Source of the DNA: Octopus bimaculoides
Taxonomy: Eukaryota
DNA length: 64,000 nucleotides
Assembly (NCBI RefSeq): GCF_001194135.2
Contig: NC_068999.1
Coordinates: 9,416,089 to 9,480,088, forward strand
Direction of reading: 5' to 3'
This document shows, one piece after another, positions 14,210 through 26,573 of this stretch. The notes beneath the pieces are model-generated. The model worked only from the letters and a program-made list of their open reading frames with translations. It did not search any database and was not told the origin of the DNA. The position numbers and the translations under genes are program-made. Positions within the stretch are counted from its first letter, which is position 1. Each line of letters starts with the position of its first letter.

Positions 14210-14965
14210 TGTGTGTGTGTGTGCATCTACTTCTCAGTAAATGTGCATACGTATGCATATGTCTGTACATAGACAGAGAGGAGAGGCAGATACATACATA
14301 CATACACACACATAACATAATACGTACGCCTTCACCCCACCCCGACAGTGTTTCCGAATATGAATATTTGTTCCATATAAATGAAATCAAATATCTAAAC
14401 ATCTAGAATTATATTAGAAATACTCTTACTCATTTAATGTTTATAATCTCTACATCCGATGTCCCAAATGCATCTATTGTGTTCGAATAATATCTGACAA
14501 ACTGCCGAAACAGCAAATAACCTGCGGATCTGTATGAAAAGTCGGTTTGTAATTTTTTGTCATCTTATGTGGATTAAAGCACTATTTTCTTTTTATTTCT
14601 TTCATTTAATCTGATGCTGTTTCGAGAATTTCTTTGTTTGTTTTTAGACAACATTAATGTTTTATAAATATATTTTATTTATTTATTTATTTATCGATCT
14701 AGTGGATGTTTCTGCTAGTTAAATTCCATTATTATAGAATTTATGAACTAAAAACTGGAATAAACAATAAATGGTATATTCATAATGAATTATGAGATTT
14801 CTTAGTCACACGCGTTGAAAAAAATTTAATGGAACACGTAAAAAAACATATACAGTTTTGCATACACTGAAACACATTCAAGCACACATATAAACACACA
14901 TACGTAAACACACACGCACAGTAACACATAAATATGTCTGTGTGTGTGAGTGTATATCTATCAAT

Positions 14966-15005
<40 letters not shown>

Positions 15006-15339
15006 ATANNNNNNNNNNNNNNNNNNNNNNNNNNNNNNNNNNNNGCTCTTCCGATCTTATATATATATAATGTACCATACCCCACCCCACACGTATACTT
15101 ATATGGAATTCATACGCAAACGTAACTATAGGGATAAAAATTGTCGCACCTGTCCGCGTGTATATACATACATATGTGTGTGTGTATATGTGTGAATGTT
15201 AGTTAACGTTTCAATCTGTATTGTGCTAAAATGTCACTGGCACATGCACCAAAGCGCACGCGCACATGTAACTACTTAAAATGTCTAATAAATTATTTAT
15301 TTTTGCATTCTCTTATTTTGATGGATAACAACAAAAACA

Positions 15340-15600
15340 ACAGCAATAATAATAATAATTTCGTCAATTATTATTTTTCTTCATCTTTCTCTTCCTATCA
15401 TTATCGTTGTTATTATAGTTATTATTATTATCATTATTATTATTATTATTATTATCATCATCATTATTATTATTATCATTATTATTCTTATTATCATTAT
15501 TATTATTATCATTATTATTCTTATTATCATCATTATTATTATTATTATTATTGTTATTATTATTTTTATTATTATCATTGTTATTATTATTATTGTTATA
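15340..15600. repeat. (ATT/ATC)n microsatellite
   Basis: Direct reading. Confidence 0.95.
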
Positions 15601-16329
15601 GCATTGTCAACGTAAAGTGAATGCAGCTATCTGTTTAGTTCTCTGTATTGCTTTGTAATCACTGAGATTGCCCAAGGTAAACAGTTTTAGAAATTTAAAA
15701 CTAAAAACTCACGTATGCTTAAGTACATGCCACAAAAGACATGCGCACATCTCTACACAGAGGTTAGTTTTAACACGCACAAGAATAATCACGCACCCCC
15801 TCACACACACAAACACACACATGCGTACGTACGCACATTCGTGCACGTACACAAAAGCACCTACAAACACATATGTACAAACATTCATGCACATGCGAAC
15901 ACACTTATATACGTATATGCATATCTGGACAAACACACCGAGATTTCAAAAGCAAAATATTTAATCGTAATTATTTACGCATATGTATGCATATACATAT
16001 GTGTCTGTGTATCAGTACAACACACTCACGTATACACGTACCAACGAATATGCACATATAACCAACAATAAGCAATGACTCGTAATATGCATTTACATTT
16101 GATCATAGATTGATAGAGTTACACGCACAACACCAACGATCAACGTACTTTTTTATGCCACACACACTTAGTTGCGCATGTAAACAGTATCATGCATGTG
16201 TACATATTCACATGCAGAGAAAAACATATCGTATAATGCAAAGCTTTGTCGTATCTCATAAGCACACGTTCGTATATACAGGCATTGGCACTGAAAAGAT
16301 CCGCAAAAAACCAAGTGTTGTATAATTAC

Positions 16330-16665
16330 CGAACACATTAGGCCCGGGTCTCCGTTGGTTACACCAATGACAGTTTAAGCTGATACGATCAACGGAACAT
16401 ACTCTTCCTGTCATTAATGTGAAAGCAACTGAGCACTCCATAGTTAAGCGTACCTTCAACGCAGTTCTCGGTGAGTTTCAGCCCAACAGAAATTATGACA
16501 AGGCTGGCCCTTTTGAATTACAGGTACAGCGTATTTTGTCAGCTGAGTGGAGTGGAGCAAGATGAACTAAAGTGTCTTGCTCAAGAGTACAAGACGTCGC
16601 CAGGAATTGAAAATACAACCTAACGATCGTGACACGAATAACCTAGCCACTAAGCCACGCGCCTT
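16330..16665 (-). mobile_element. tRNA-derived SINE family 2 (CORE-like), near full length
   Basis: Minus strand reads AAGGCGCGTGGCTTAGTGGCTAGG (A box)...TTTCAATTCC (B box)...CTTGAGCAAGACACTTTA (CORE-like motif). Motifs are shared with the 29097, 31191 and 61594 copies. Confidence 0.85.
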
Positions 16666-16970
16666 GAACAAAACACATAAACGCAATGTAAACTCATACG
16701 AATATTAACATATATATGTGCATGTACGCTTGCAAGCAAACCTGCTTGCTCCAACATATATTCGTCGGGATATCGTAATTTGAGGGAATATCTGTCGAAG
16801 AATCTCGATAATTGTTATATTCATGAAGATGACTTTAATAACTTCAAAATATTTTCGATTCATTTATTTTTTGATGCAAGCCCACCTAAAACTGCCATAA
16901 GGTGTATGACACAAACGGTCGTCTATAAATTGATCGAAATTAAAAAACTTCCACCAAAATTTCATGAACA

Positions 16971-17056
16971 TTTATGCACCAGATCGCAGATCATTGGTGA
17001 CAAGAATATATATATATATATTGTTGTCACCAATGATCTGCGATCTGGTGCATAAA
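16971..17056. repeat. 86-bp palindrome centred on (AT)n, one mismatch
   Basis: 16971-17003 is the exact reverse complement of 17024-17056. The centre 17005-17022 is self-complementary. Only G17004/G17023 mismatch. Confidence 0.95.
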
Positions 17057-17108
17057 GAAGAGTATTTTCAGGTGTGGTTAGAAAATGTGATTACATGTGA
17101 GGTCCATA

Positions 17109-17155
<47 letters not shown>

Positions 17156-17269
17156 CAGTAGAAACAAAAATATTCTATTATGACAGCTTACTGATTGTCG
17201 TAAACTATACATATATAAATTCCTCTATTTACCTAATATCGAAGTCTCATTCTTTTGTCGTAATTTTAT

Positions 17270-17295
17270 TATAATTATCATTATTATCATTATTA

Positions 17296-17372
<77 letters not shown>

Positions 17373-17399
17373 GTCATCATCATCATTATCAACATCATC

Positions 17400-17457
<58 letters not shown>
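17270..17457. repeat. (ATT)n-(ATC)n-(ATT)n microsatellite
   Basis: Direct reading. Confidence 0.95.
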
Positions 17458-17463
<6 letters not shown>

Positions 17464-17467
17464 CTTA

Positions 17468-17630
17468 GTGGGCTTCCGCACAGTTTTAGTCTATGGACTT
17501 CATTCATAAGGACAGTGGTCTCCCTGGGGATAATAGTCGAATATACTTACTCAAGTTACCAGGTAGTGGCACTAAACCCGTAAACGTGGCTGCAAATCAA
17601 TCTTCTTAACCTCAAACCACGCCTGCGCCT
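17468..17630 (-). mobile_element. SINE family 3, 5' half, diverged
   Basis: Minus strand AGGCGCAGGCGTGGTTTGAGGTTAAGAAG...CCAC..GG..ACTTGAGTAAGT aligns by eye with 37055-37200. Confidence 0.65.
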
Positions 17631-18224
17631 GCGTAGAACTCAACCGTCTACTTCACATTCATTTTACTCCCCAAAATCGATATAGCTGGTATTTCCAGCG
17701 ATTGTTTAGACTAGAGAATAGTCTCCTTGTGAGTTCACTGTCTCTTATTTCTAAGAAAGGTATATGAACATTTCATAATCTCATTTTCGCTATTTGTGTA
17801 AAAATATATGAGCATTAAAGCAAAATATAACTAATATCACTGTGATAAAATGTTGAAATTAAACACAATTTTTTTCCTCCGGATTCCTTTGATTCAATTA
17901 AATTACACCAATAGTATAATATATTTACTTTATCAGTTTCTTCATGTTTTCATATAATCCTTTATTTTTCTTTTTATCTTATTTGGATATATCGTGTTGA
18001 TAAAACAAACACCATTCTTATCAACTATCTTTGTCATTCACGTTCTATACTCACTAATGTTCTCTCTCTTTTCTCAGTCTCTCCCCCCCCCCTCTCTCTC
18101 TCTCTCTCTCTTCCTCATCCTCTCTCTAAAAGTTTCCACATTTTTCATTCTAGAATCCGAATAACTGTGACTATAACACACGCCAATGCCCTGATGTTAC
18201 ACTAGTTAGTTAAATTTCAACACA

Positions 18225-18592
18225 TACATCGTCGTCATCGTCGTCGTCGTCGTCGTCGTCTTCTTCTTCTCCTTCTTTTTCTTCTTCTTCTTCTTCTTCT
18301 TCTTCTTCTTCTTCTTCTTCTTCTTCTTCTTCTCCTCCTTCTTCTTCTTCTTCTTCTTCTTCTTCTTCTTCTTCCTCCGCCTCTTCCTCCTCCGTCTTCT
18401 TCTCCATTTCTTCCTCCTCCATCTTCTTCTCCGCCTGTCCTTCCTCATCCTTCTTCTTCGCCTCTTCCTCCTCCGTCTTCTTCTCCACCTCTTCCTCCTC
18501 CATCTTCTTCTCCGCCTCTTCTTCCTCATCCTTCTTCTTCGCCTCTTCCTCCTCCTCCTTCTTCTCCACCTCTTCCCTCCATCTTTTTCGTA

Positions 18593-18637
<45 letters not shown>

Positions 18638-18682
18638 CTATTATTATTATTATTATTATTATTATTAGCATTAGCGTTATTA

Positions 18683-18728
<46 letters not shown>

Positions 18729-18730
18729 CA
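18225..18730. repeat. (GTC)n-(TTC/TCC)n-(ATT)n compound tract
   Basis: Direct reading. The E/K/R-rich ORFs are artefacts. Confidence 0.92.
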
Positions 18731-20617
18731 TTTGTTTCTCTCTGACCGCTTTTGAAAGTATACTTGGTCAAGTGAGGGCGCATATGTATGCCATTGTTCA
18801 CGCTTAATATTCACTCTGAAGTGTTTGTTTTGTCTTTCTTTTATTTTATTTTGCTTCAGTTTCTCTTCTTTGTTTTCGTTTTCTCTGTTTTCATATATTA
18901 TTTCCTTTCTTATTTATATTTTTTCTCTTTAGTTTTACTTGTTAGTTTCTTATTTTTATTTATTTCGTTACTAAGCGGATAAAGCTTAAATTTATACCAT
19001 TTGAGAACAGCAAAATATTCTTGTGTGGCAGCGAAACCTTAACGGTTTTTAATCATTTTACGCCTCGAGGTATCAGCTTGAGGCTAGTAACAAGACCAAG
19101 ACTTCATCACTTCAGTATTCCATGTGAGGTTTCATTTAACAATTCTTTTGCGTTGTGTTGTTATTTTCGAAATCATTCTAGTGCTCATTCTAGTTCTCTC
19201 GTATTCTTATCCGCTACTTCGAGTAATTATTATATTGCGAATTTCTCAGATGATAGATCCATTTTATCAACAAATTCGCTCGTTAATTTTTCATTCTGTT
19301 AATCCGTTTCCTCTCTTAACTTGACTCTATGAAAATATGTTCCGAATTAGTATGCGACAGATATTATCTAAGTCTTAAATTAGAGAATAGTATAACATTT
19401 ATCTTTATATCTGTGAGATGTTGCCACAAAAAAACATTATCACATTGAGCGGTATGTTCCAAAATATTTGCTGTTTAGTAAAAAGGTAAGAAAGAGTGGA
19501 GACTGCAGTGAAAAATAATTTACATTGATAAATGAATATACTTCTTAAGATATTTGCACCGGAAAAAATGGTGTTGTTTTTTTGCTTTCGAATTAGGTTC
19601 ATATGTCCTCTATTTTATGAACAGAAAACACGTGTGTTGTAAGCTTCATGCCATTACAAACCATATTTACTTTATAAATGGAAATATATCGCATTCTTTA
19701 TAAGCTGGATGTGTTAGGTAAAGACGCAATGACAGAAAACCTTTAGGGTCCATTTGTTTTGTGTAACTACAGTTATATTACTATTCACTCGGTGGTTCCT
19801 TGTATTAGAGAGTAGAATATTATTTGGAAAATACTTAGTTGTGATGCCTTCCAAGTTGAATAACAGTGAAAAGGTTCTCTTGAGGGTTTTAATCGGTTTA
19901 TTTATCGTTACTAACAATTATCCAATGAATGTTATATTGTTGTTATTTCAGTAGCAATAACCTGTATTAGAAAATGGAATAAAGAAGATTTATACATAAG
20001 ACGTGTTGATTTTTGTTTCAATTACACAAAATACATTCTCATCATCTAAGATGAATGGCATTGATCCCTTCCAAACCATCCTTTTTACAAAACAGAGTGT
20101 ATAACCCAAATATCTTTAGCAGTGTATCAGCGAGGCTCTCGAAGTGTATACTACGTGGTTCTCCTTAGTGAAGCGTATCAAATTGGCCCTCAAAGTGTAT
20201 GCTATGTGTTATGTGGTCCGTTTCCTGAAAGATATCCAGTATTCTCAAATTTCTTGAAATGTCATCTGAAAAGTGTAACAAAATTTAAAATTCTTAAAAG
20301 TATATTTTGCAACATGTTTATAAATATTTCTCGATTTTAACAACTTATTTTTATAACCTCTCCTAATAAGCTGATTATTAAATTAATTAATAATTATGTA
20401 ATGGAATTAATTATTTTGCTTTCAAGAGAATCTAAAAGTCATATTTGAGATGTAACTAAAGCTCAACTTTAACATGGAAATGAATTAAGCTTGCCTGATT
20501 TACGAACAACTTTCTATATGATTTGTACACACACACGCACACGCACACACACACGCACACACACACACACGCACAAAAACATATACACACACATATATAA
20601 CCATACATATATTTGTA

Positions 20618-20675
<58 letters not shown>

Positions 20676-20959
20676 ATCAAATACAAAGAATACGGTAACT
20701 GGTATATTAAAATAAAAGAAAAACTTTAAATACATAGCAGTCACCTTATTCTTTGTAATTGTTTTGGAATTACACTCTTGAAAATATTCCCAATCCAGCG
20801 GTGTAAGCCTGGATTTATCCATCAGATCAGTTACAGTGGGTTTACTCAACATAAGTGAGCCTAGTCTTGACCTAGATTATACCTGAGAGGGCGTACAGTA
20901 CTCGTCTGGATCGTTTTATTCTTATATATTCATCATATATACTTCATTCTATCTATCTG

Positions 20960-21032
<73 letters not shown>

Positions 21033-21070
21033 ATCAGTGTATATATATATATATGTATATATATACATAT

Positions 21071-21156
21071 ATACATCTGAGGAGAGCGGTTTTTAAATTG
21101 ATGTGATGTTTTCATTGATCGATAAAATGGAACTGCTCGAAACAGCCGTAATGTAT
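21071..21156 (+). ncRNA. Type I hammerhead ribozyme motif, family B (long helix II)
   Basis: Helix I ATACAT(21071-76)/ATGTAT(21151-56). Core CTGAGGA(21077-83). Helix II GAGCGGTTTT(21084-93)/GGAACTGCTC(21129-38). GAAA(21139-42), helix III AC..GT, cleavage triplet GTA(21148-50). All conserved core nucleotides are present. Confidence 0.85.
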
Positions 21157-21278
21157 TGACACCTGGATATCCTAGTTATTTATTTACATTCTGTTTGCCT
21201 AACTTAGAGGTGTGCGGACTATAACTTCTGGTTTGGTGCCTCAATTTAAGTACCTAATTCAACTGAATCAAAATTACA
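21071..21278 (+). mobile_element. HHR-bearing repeat family B (probable Penelope-like pLTR or retrozyme fragment)
   Basis: About 200 bp similar to 45721-45925 (minus) and 46030-46135 (plus), including downstream ACCTGGA.ATCCT.GTTA.TTATTTACATTCTGTT...AAGTACCTAATTCAACTGAATC. Class is inferred. Confidence 0.7.
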
Positions 21279-21476
21279 CCCCCCCCCATATATATATATA
21301 TANNNNNNNNNNNNNNNNNNNNNNNNNNNNNNNNNNNNNNNNNNNNNNNNNNNNNNNNNNNNNNNNNNNNNNNNNNNNNNNNNNNNNNNNNNNNNNNNNN
21401 NNNNNNNNNNNNNNNNNNNNNNNNNNNNNNNNNNNNNNNNNNNNNNNNNNNNNTGTGTGTGTGTGTGTGTGTGTAT

Positions 21477-21509
<33 letters not shown>

Positions 21510-22712
21510 AACATATTTTAATATATTTTAAAGACATTTCGATACCAATGCTCTGTTTTAGAATTCAATATACGTGTGCTTCTGAACGAAGCAATGTTCG
21601 GGTACGCAGCGGTAAGAAGAAAAGAGATGACAAAGGAATAAGGGATTACCTTATGAACTTCATATCTGAGGTTTTGATGATGTTGTAAGCTGTTACTCAG
21701 ACACTCAACAACGAGTTTACTGCATTTCATAGCGGAAACATCTGTAAGATAATGAAGTTCATAAAATAATCAGCTTCTCATTTCTCATCTCCTTTCTTAC
21801 ATATATGTGTTTATGACTCTCTGTGTGTGCGTGTGTATGAGTGTGCGTGCGTATATGCGTGTGTAAGTTGAATGTTTATCGGAGACAATTCGAACAAAAT
21901 GCTTTGAGCCATTTTAGGTAATATTTATTATAAATTTCTGCCTTTCCTCTGAAATTATTCCTTACACAAGGCATATTATATACATATACACACGCATATA
22001 CCGAGAAAAATAGACATTTATACACGTAGACAAATATGTAGGTATTTGTGTAAATGTATATATATNNNNNNNNNNNNNNNNNNNNNNNNNNNNNNNNNNN
22101 NNNNNNNNNNNNNNNNNNNNNNNNNNNNNNNNNNNNNNNNNNNNNNNNNNNNNNNNNNNNNNNNNNNNNNNNNNNNNNNNNNNNNNNNNNNNNNNNNNNN
22201 NNNNNNNNNNNNNNNNNNNNNNNNNNNNNNNNNNNNNNNNNNNNNNNNNNNNNNNNNNNNNNNNNNNNNNNNNNNNNNNNNNNNNNNNNNNNNNNNNNNN
22301 NNNNNNNNNNNNNNNNNNNNNNNNNNNNNNNNNNNNNNNNNNNNNNNNNNNNNNNNNNNNNNNNNNNNNNNNNNNNNNNNNNNNNNNNNNNNNNNNNNNN
22401 NNNNNNNNNNNNNNNNNNNNNNNNNNNNNNNNNNNNNNNNNNNNNNNNNNNNNNNNNNNNNNNNNNNNNNNNNNNNNNNNNNNNNNNNNNNNNNNNNNNN
22501 NNNNNNNNNNNNNNNNNNNNNNNNNNNNNNNNNNNNNNNNNNNNNNNNNNNNNNNNNNNNNNNNNNNNNNNNNNNNNNNNNNNNNNNNNNNNNNNNNNNN
22601 NNNNNNNNNNNNNNNNNNNNNNNNNNNNNNNNNNNNNNNNNNNNNNNNNNNNNNNNNNNNNNNNNNNNNNTATATATATACATATATTTGAAATCAATGT
22701 TACCGAATTTAC

Positions 22713-22887
22713 AAGCAACGGCATGCTGACAGAATCGTTAGCATAGCGGGCGAAATGCTTAGCCGTATTTCATCTGCCGCTACGTTCTGAGTTCAAATTC
22801 TGCCGAGGTCAACTTTGCCTTTCATCCTTTCGGGGTCAATGAATTAAGTACCAGTTACGCACTGGGATCGATGTAATCGACTTAATC
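22713..22887 (+). mobile_element. SINE family 1, tail-less copy
   Basis: High similarity by eye to 7611-7770. Confidence 0.9.
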
Positions 22888-23007
22888 ATATTGAAATTTT
22901 CCCGCTGAAGACATTATATGAGTACCATCGTAAGTCCAAAAACAAATGTGCCTGTTTCTCATTCTAAAATGCAGACGATAACTGTAATGTATGTAAAAGT
23001 CGTTAGC

Positions 23008-23066
23008 TACAAATACCTTTCAGATATTCTAGTTATACAAATACCTTTCAGATATTTTAGTTATAC
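23008..23066. repeat. 28-bp tandem duplication
   Basis: TACAAATACCTTTCAGATATT(C/T)TAGTTA twice. Confidence 0.9.
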
Positions 23067-23441
23067 GGCTTCATGTTAGATACGTGTATTCATTTCTGAA
23101 ACTGCAAGTTGATTGCTGGAATAAAGAACATTTCGTACAAGTTTATCTAACGAAAACATTGTGTACATTAAAGAGCTGATATTTCTGTGCTGTTGGAAAA
23201 AGATAACGTACAGAGCATAGCAAATTTCTTTCTTTCTTCGAGGAGCGAACTAGTTTTGATGGGATGTGAATATAGAATTATTTCCCTTCGCTTAAAACCA
23301 AGTGGGTGTGGTGTAGGCGTTTGTCCGTGTTAATTAGAAACCAAAAGAACACGTTCCTTGTTAGAAACTCCCTGTAAAGTACTACAGTTTAATGTTAACA
23401 CAAATATACGAACAATAACCCAGGTAATTATACATACGTAC

Positions 23442-23532
<91 letters not shown>

Positions 23533-23893
23533 GATGTGTGTCTTAATGGATACACAGAAATGCTTATATATAACAATACAGAAATGAAAATGAACGGTTG
23601 AAATGTGACAGAGACGTGGAGATATAGAGGTGTATATAATTGTAATCATATGTTTGTTGTTGTTTTTTTAATATATTTATGCATGCGTATGTGCAAATAT
23701 GGGTGCGTATTTATGCCTTCCTCTGTCGGAGAGTTTTCGTTCATTTGAAAGCTTTATCTGATTCTGCTTGGTGCAGCCACTTCAGATTTCATGCCTACGC
23801 ATACATTACAAACATGCTTTACCCTGAGGACTTTCCTGGTGTTGTGCCTATGTATATATCATTCTAAAAATGTATATCATCGAATTTGTGAAG

Positions 23894-23929
<36 letters not shown>

Positions 23930-24403
23930 ATAGATATATGTATAAACATGTATATATATATGTATATATAACGATGTATATATATACATATATATAACAC
24001 ACATGTATTTACATATATACAAAGATACATATAACCACTCATGTNNNNNNNNNNNNNNNNNNNNNNNNNNNNNNNNNNNNNNNNNNNNNNNNNNNNNNNN
24101 NNNNNNNNNNNNNNNNNNNNNNNNNNNNNNNNNNNNNNNNNNNNNNNNNNNNNNNNNNNNNNNNNNNNNNNNNNNNNNNNNNNNNNNNNNNNNNNNNNNN
24201 NNNNNNNNNNNNNNNNNNNNNNNNNNNNNNNNNNNNNNNNNNNNNNNNNNNNNNNNNNNNNNNNNNNNNNNNNNNNNNNNNNNNNNNNNNNNNNNNNNNN
24301 NNNNNNNNNNNNNNNNNNNNNNNNNNNNNNNNNNNNNNNNNNNNNNNNNNNNNNNNNNNNNNNNNNNATATATATATATATATATATATATACATACGTA
24401 CAT

Positions 24404-24470
<67 letters not shown>

Positions 24471-25217
24471 GATAGACTATTAGATAGCAAGTGAAAGAGG
24501 ACAATAGCGAGTAAAATGTGTTAGCAGATATTTAGCACGATGTATGTAACGTATATTTCTGTATGTGTGTGTGTGTCTTTCTGTCTGTTTTCGGGTCTAT
24601 TTGCGAATATATGTGCATTTGCGGTTGGGTCCATAGTTGTGTATGTGACGACATGTCAATCAGGAGGGAACTGATGATCCTTAACATGTTCTGAACCCAT
24701 TAGGCTTCTCTTAGCTTTTGGTATTAACCGTGTTCCACTTAGTCGAGCGAGAGCATAAAGTACACAATTCTGGACGGACACACATGCTAATGTCATCAGT
24801 TACAAAAAAAAAGGAAAATGCAAAAAAGGGTAAGCAACACATCCGTTACATACTTCTCCAGCATCTCCACACCTTACGACAGAAAGTTACAATTTCAAAT
24901 TATCGTTACAACGTTCCATATCACATTACTCACCACGCACACCCGCACACACATGCGCATGCGCAGAAACAGCTGATAAATGCACACACATATATATATA
25001 TATGCATATATATAGTAAAACTATGCACAGGCACACATAGAAGCCAATGTCGATGCTCTGTTCAATATTTAACGAACTATGTTTGGTTGTCAGAAATATA
25101 GGGCACACAGTGTATTCCACGCTGCTTCATTGGAGGCGCAAACACACATTCACACGCACTTACATCCACCCCCAGACACATACACACGCACACTCATGTT
25201 TTTATATGAATATATAA

Positions 25218-25303
25218 AAGGCTAAGTGATTAGAGTGTCGGGCTCACAATCATGAGATAATGAGTTCGATTCCCGTGCCGGGCTTTGTTGTACCCTTTGA
25301 GTC
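25218..25303 (+). mobile_element. SINE family 2 head only
   Basis: GGCTAAGTGATTAG (A box), GAGTTCGATTCCC (B box), start of CORE-like GTTGTACCCTTTGAG. Confidence 0.7.
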
Positions 25304-25304
25304 A

Positions 25305-26240
25305 GACAAACCCCTTCATGACAAATACTGGGCTAAACTAAATGCAAAAGAAATAGACAGAGAAAAATCACAGCAATGGTTGAGAAGCTCAGGGTTCAAA
25401 GCAGAGACTGAAGGATTTTAATTGCAGCACAAGACCAAAACCTCCCCACCAGAGATTACCAAAATCATATAATGAAAAGAAACATGACAAGTAACTGCAG
25501 AATATGTGGAGATGGACAAGAAACAATAAATCCATCTTTAAGAGAGGCAAAATCAAATGTATGGGCGGAGTTACGATACCATCGGGGCAGATTATGAAGC
25601 AGATAGAAGAGAAGGACTATATGTACTTGGGCATATTTGAAATGCATAAATTGATAGAGAAAGAAATGACAGAAAAATTTAAGGTGGAGTACATGCGCAG
25701 ACTGAGACTGACAATATAGCAAGGCTTGTTCATTGGACACTTTGCAACAAGTATGGACTTGACAGAGCAAAAAATTGGTACGACTACAAACCAGAAGGCA
25801 TCATCAAAAATGATAATGCAAAGATCCCGTGGGATTTTATGATTCGGTGCCACATGAAATAGAGAATAGGAAGCCAGACATAGTCTTAATTGAGAAAGAA
25901 AACAAACTATTCTGGATTATAGATATATCATGCCCAGCTAACAACAAGGTATGTGATAAGTAAAAAAGAAAAGTCGATAGATATGACAGGTTAGGTTGGG
26001 AGGGTAAGCATTTGTGGTCAATGAAAAAGGTGGTAATAGTAGCCATAATTGTCGGAGCTCTGGGAATAGTGAGTAAAAATCTTTTGAAATAAATGGAACA
26101 GATAGGGGCTGCAATAAGGGTGGAGCACTTGCAGAAAACAGCACTGCTTGGAACCCCTCGAATACCTTCGTTCGCCGGTAGTGGACAGCTGACACTATTG
26201 TACATCTCCAGCGTTAGAAGAGGTGCAAGGCAATAATAAT
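25305..26240 (+). mobile_element. R4/Dong-type (restriction-like endonuclease) non-LTR retrotransposon 3' fragment, degenerate and internally rearranged
   Basis: Translates across frameshifts to KPLHDKYW..WLRSSGFKAETEG/LIAAQDQNLPTRDY..CRICGDGQETIN, then KRGKI..KDYMYLGI..EYMRRLR, then DNIARLVHW..WYDYKPE..PWDF..RKPDIVLIEK..IIDISCP..IVGALG..LQKTALLGT (PD-(D/E)xK nuclease), then a 3'UTR and AAT tail. Confidence 0.93.
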
Positions 26241-26247
26241 ACTTTAT

Positions 26248-26452
26248 ACTATAGGTACAATACCTGAAGTTTGGTGGGTGGGATAGTCGATTACATCGAC
26301 TCCAGTACTCAGCTGATACTTAATTTATCGACCCCGTAAAAATGAAAGGTAAAGTGGACCTGGTGGAATTTGAACTCAGAACGTAGCGACGGGCGAATTA
26401 CCGCCATCTATTTTGCCCGGCGTGCTAACGATTCTGCCATTTTGCCGCCTTA
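26248..26452 (-). mobile_element. SINE family 1, full length
   Basis: Reverse complement: TAAGGCGGCAAAATGGCAGAATCGTTAGC..TTCTGAGTTCAAATTCC..GGGGTCGATAAATTAAGTATCAG. Confidence 0.9.
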
Positions 26453-26463
26453 AATAAGTAGTT

Positions 26464-26573
<110 letters not shown>

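Noticed and set aside
24672-24694. TGATGA...CTGA resembling C/D snoRNA boxes, or an HHR core
   Set aside because: Only 13 nt between the boxes, no guide region, and no GAAA or helix II for a hammerhead.
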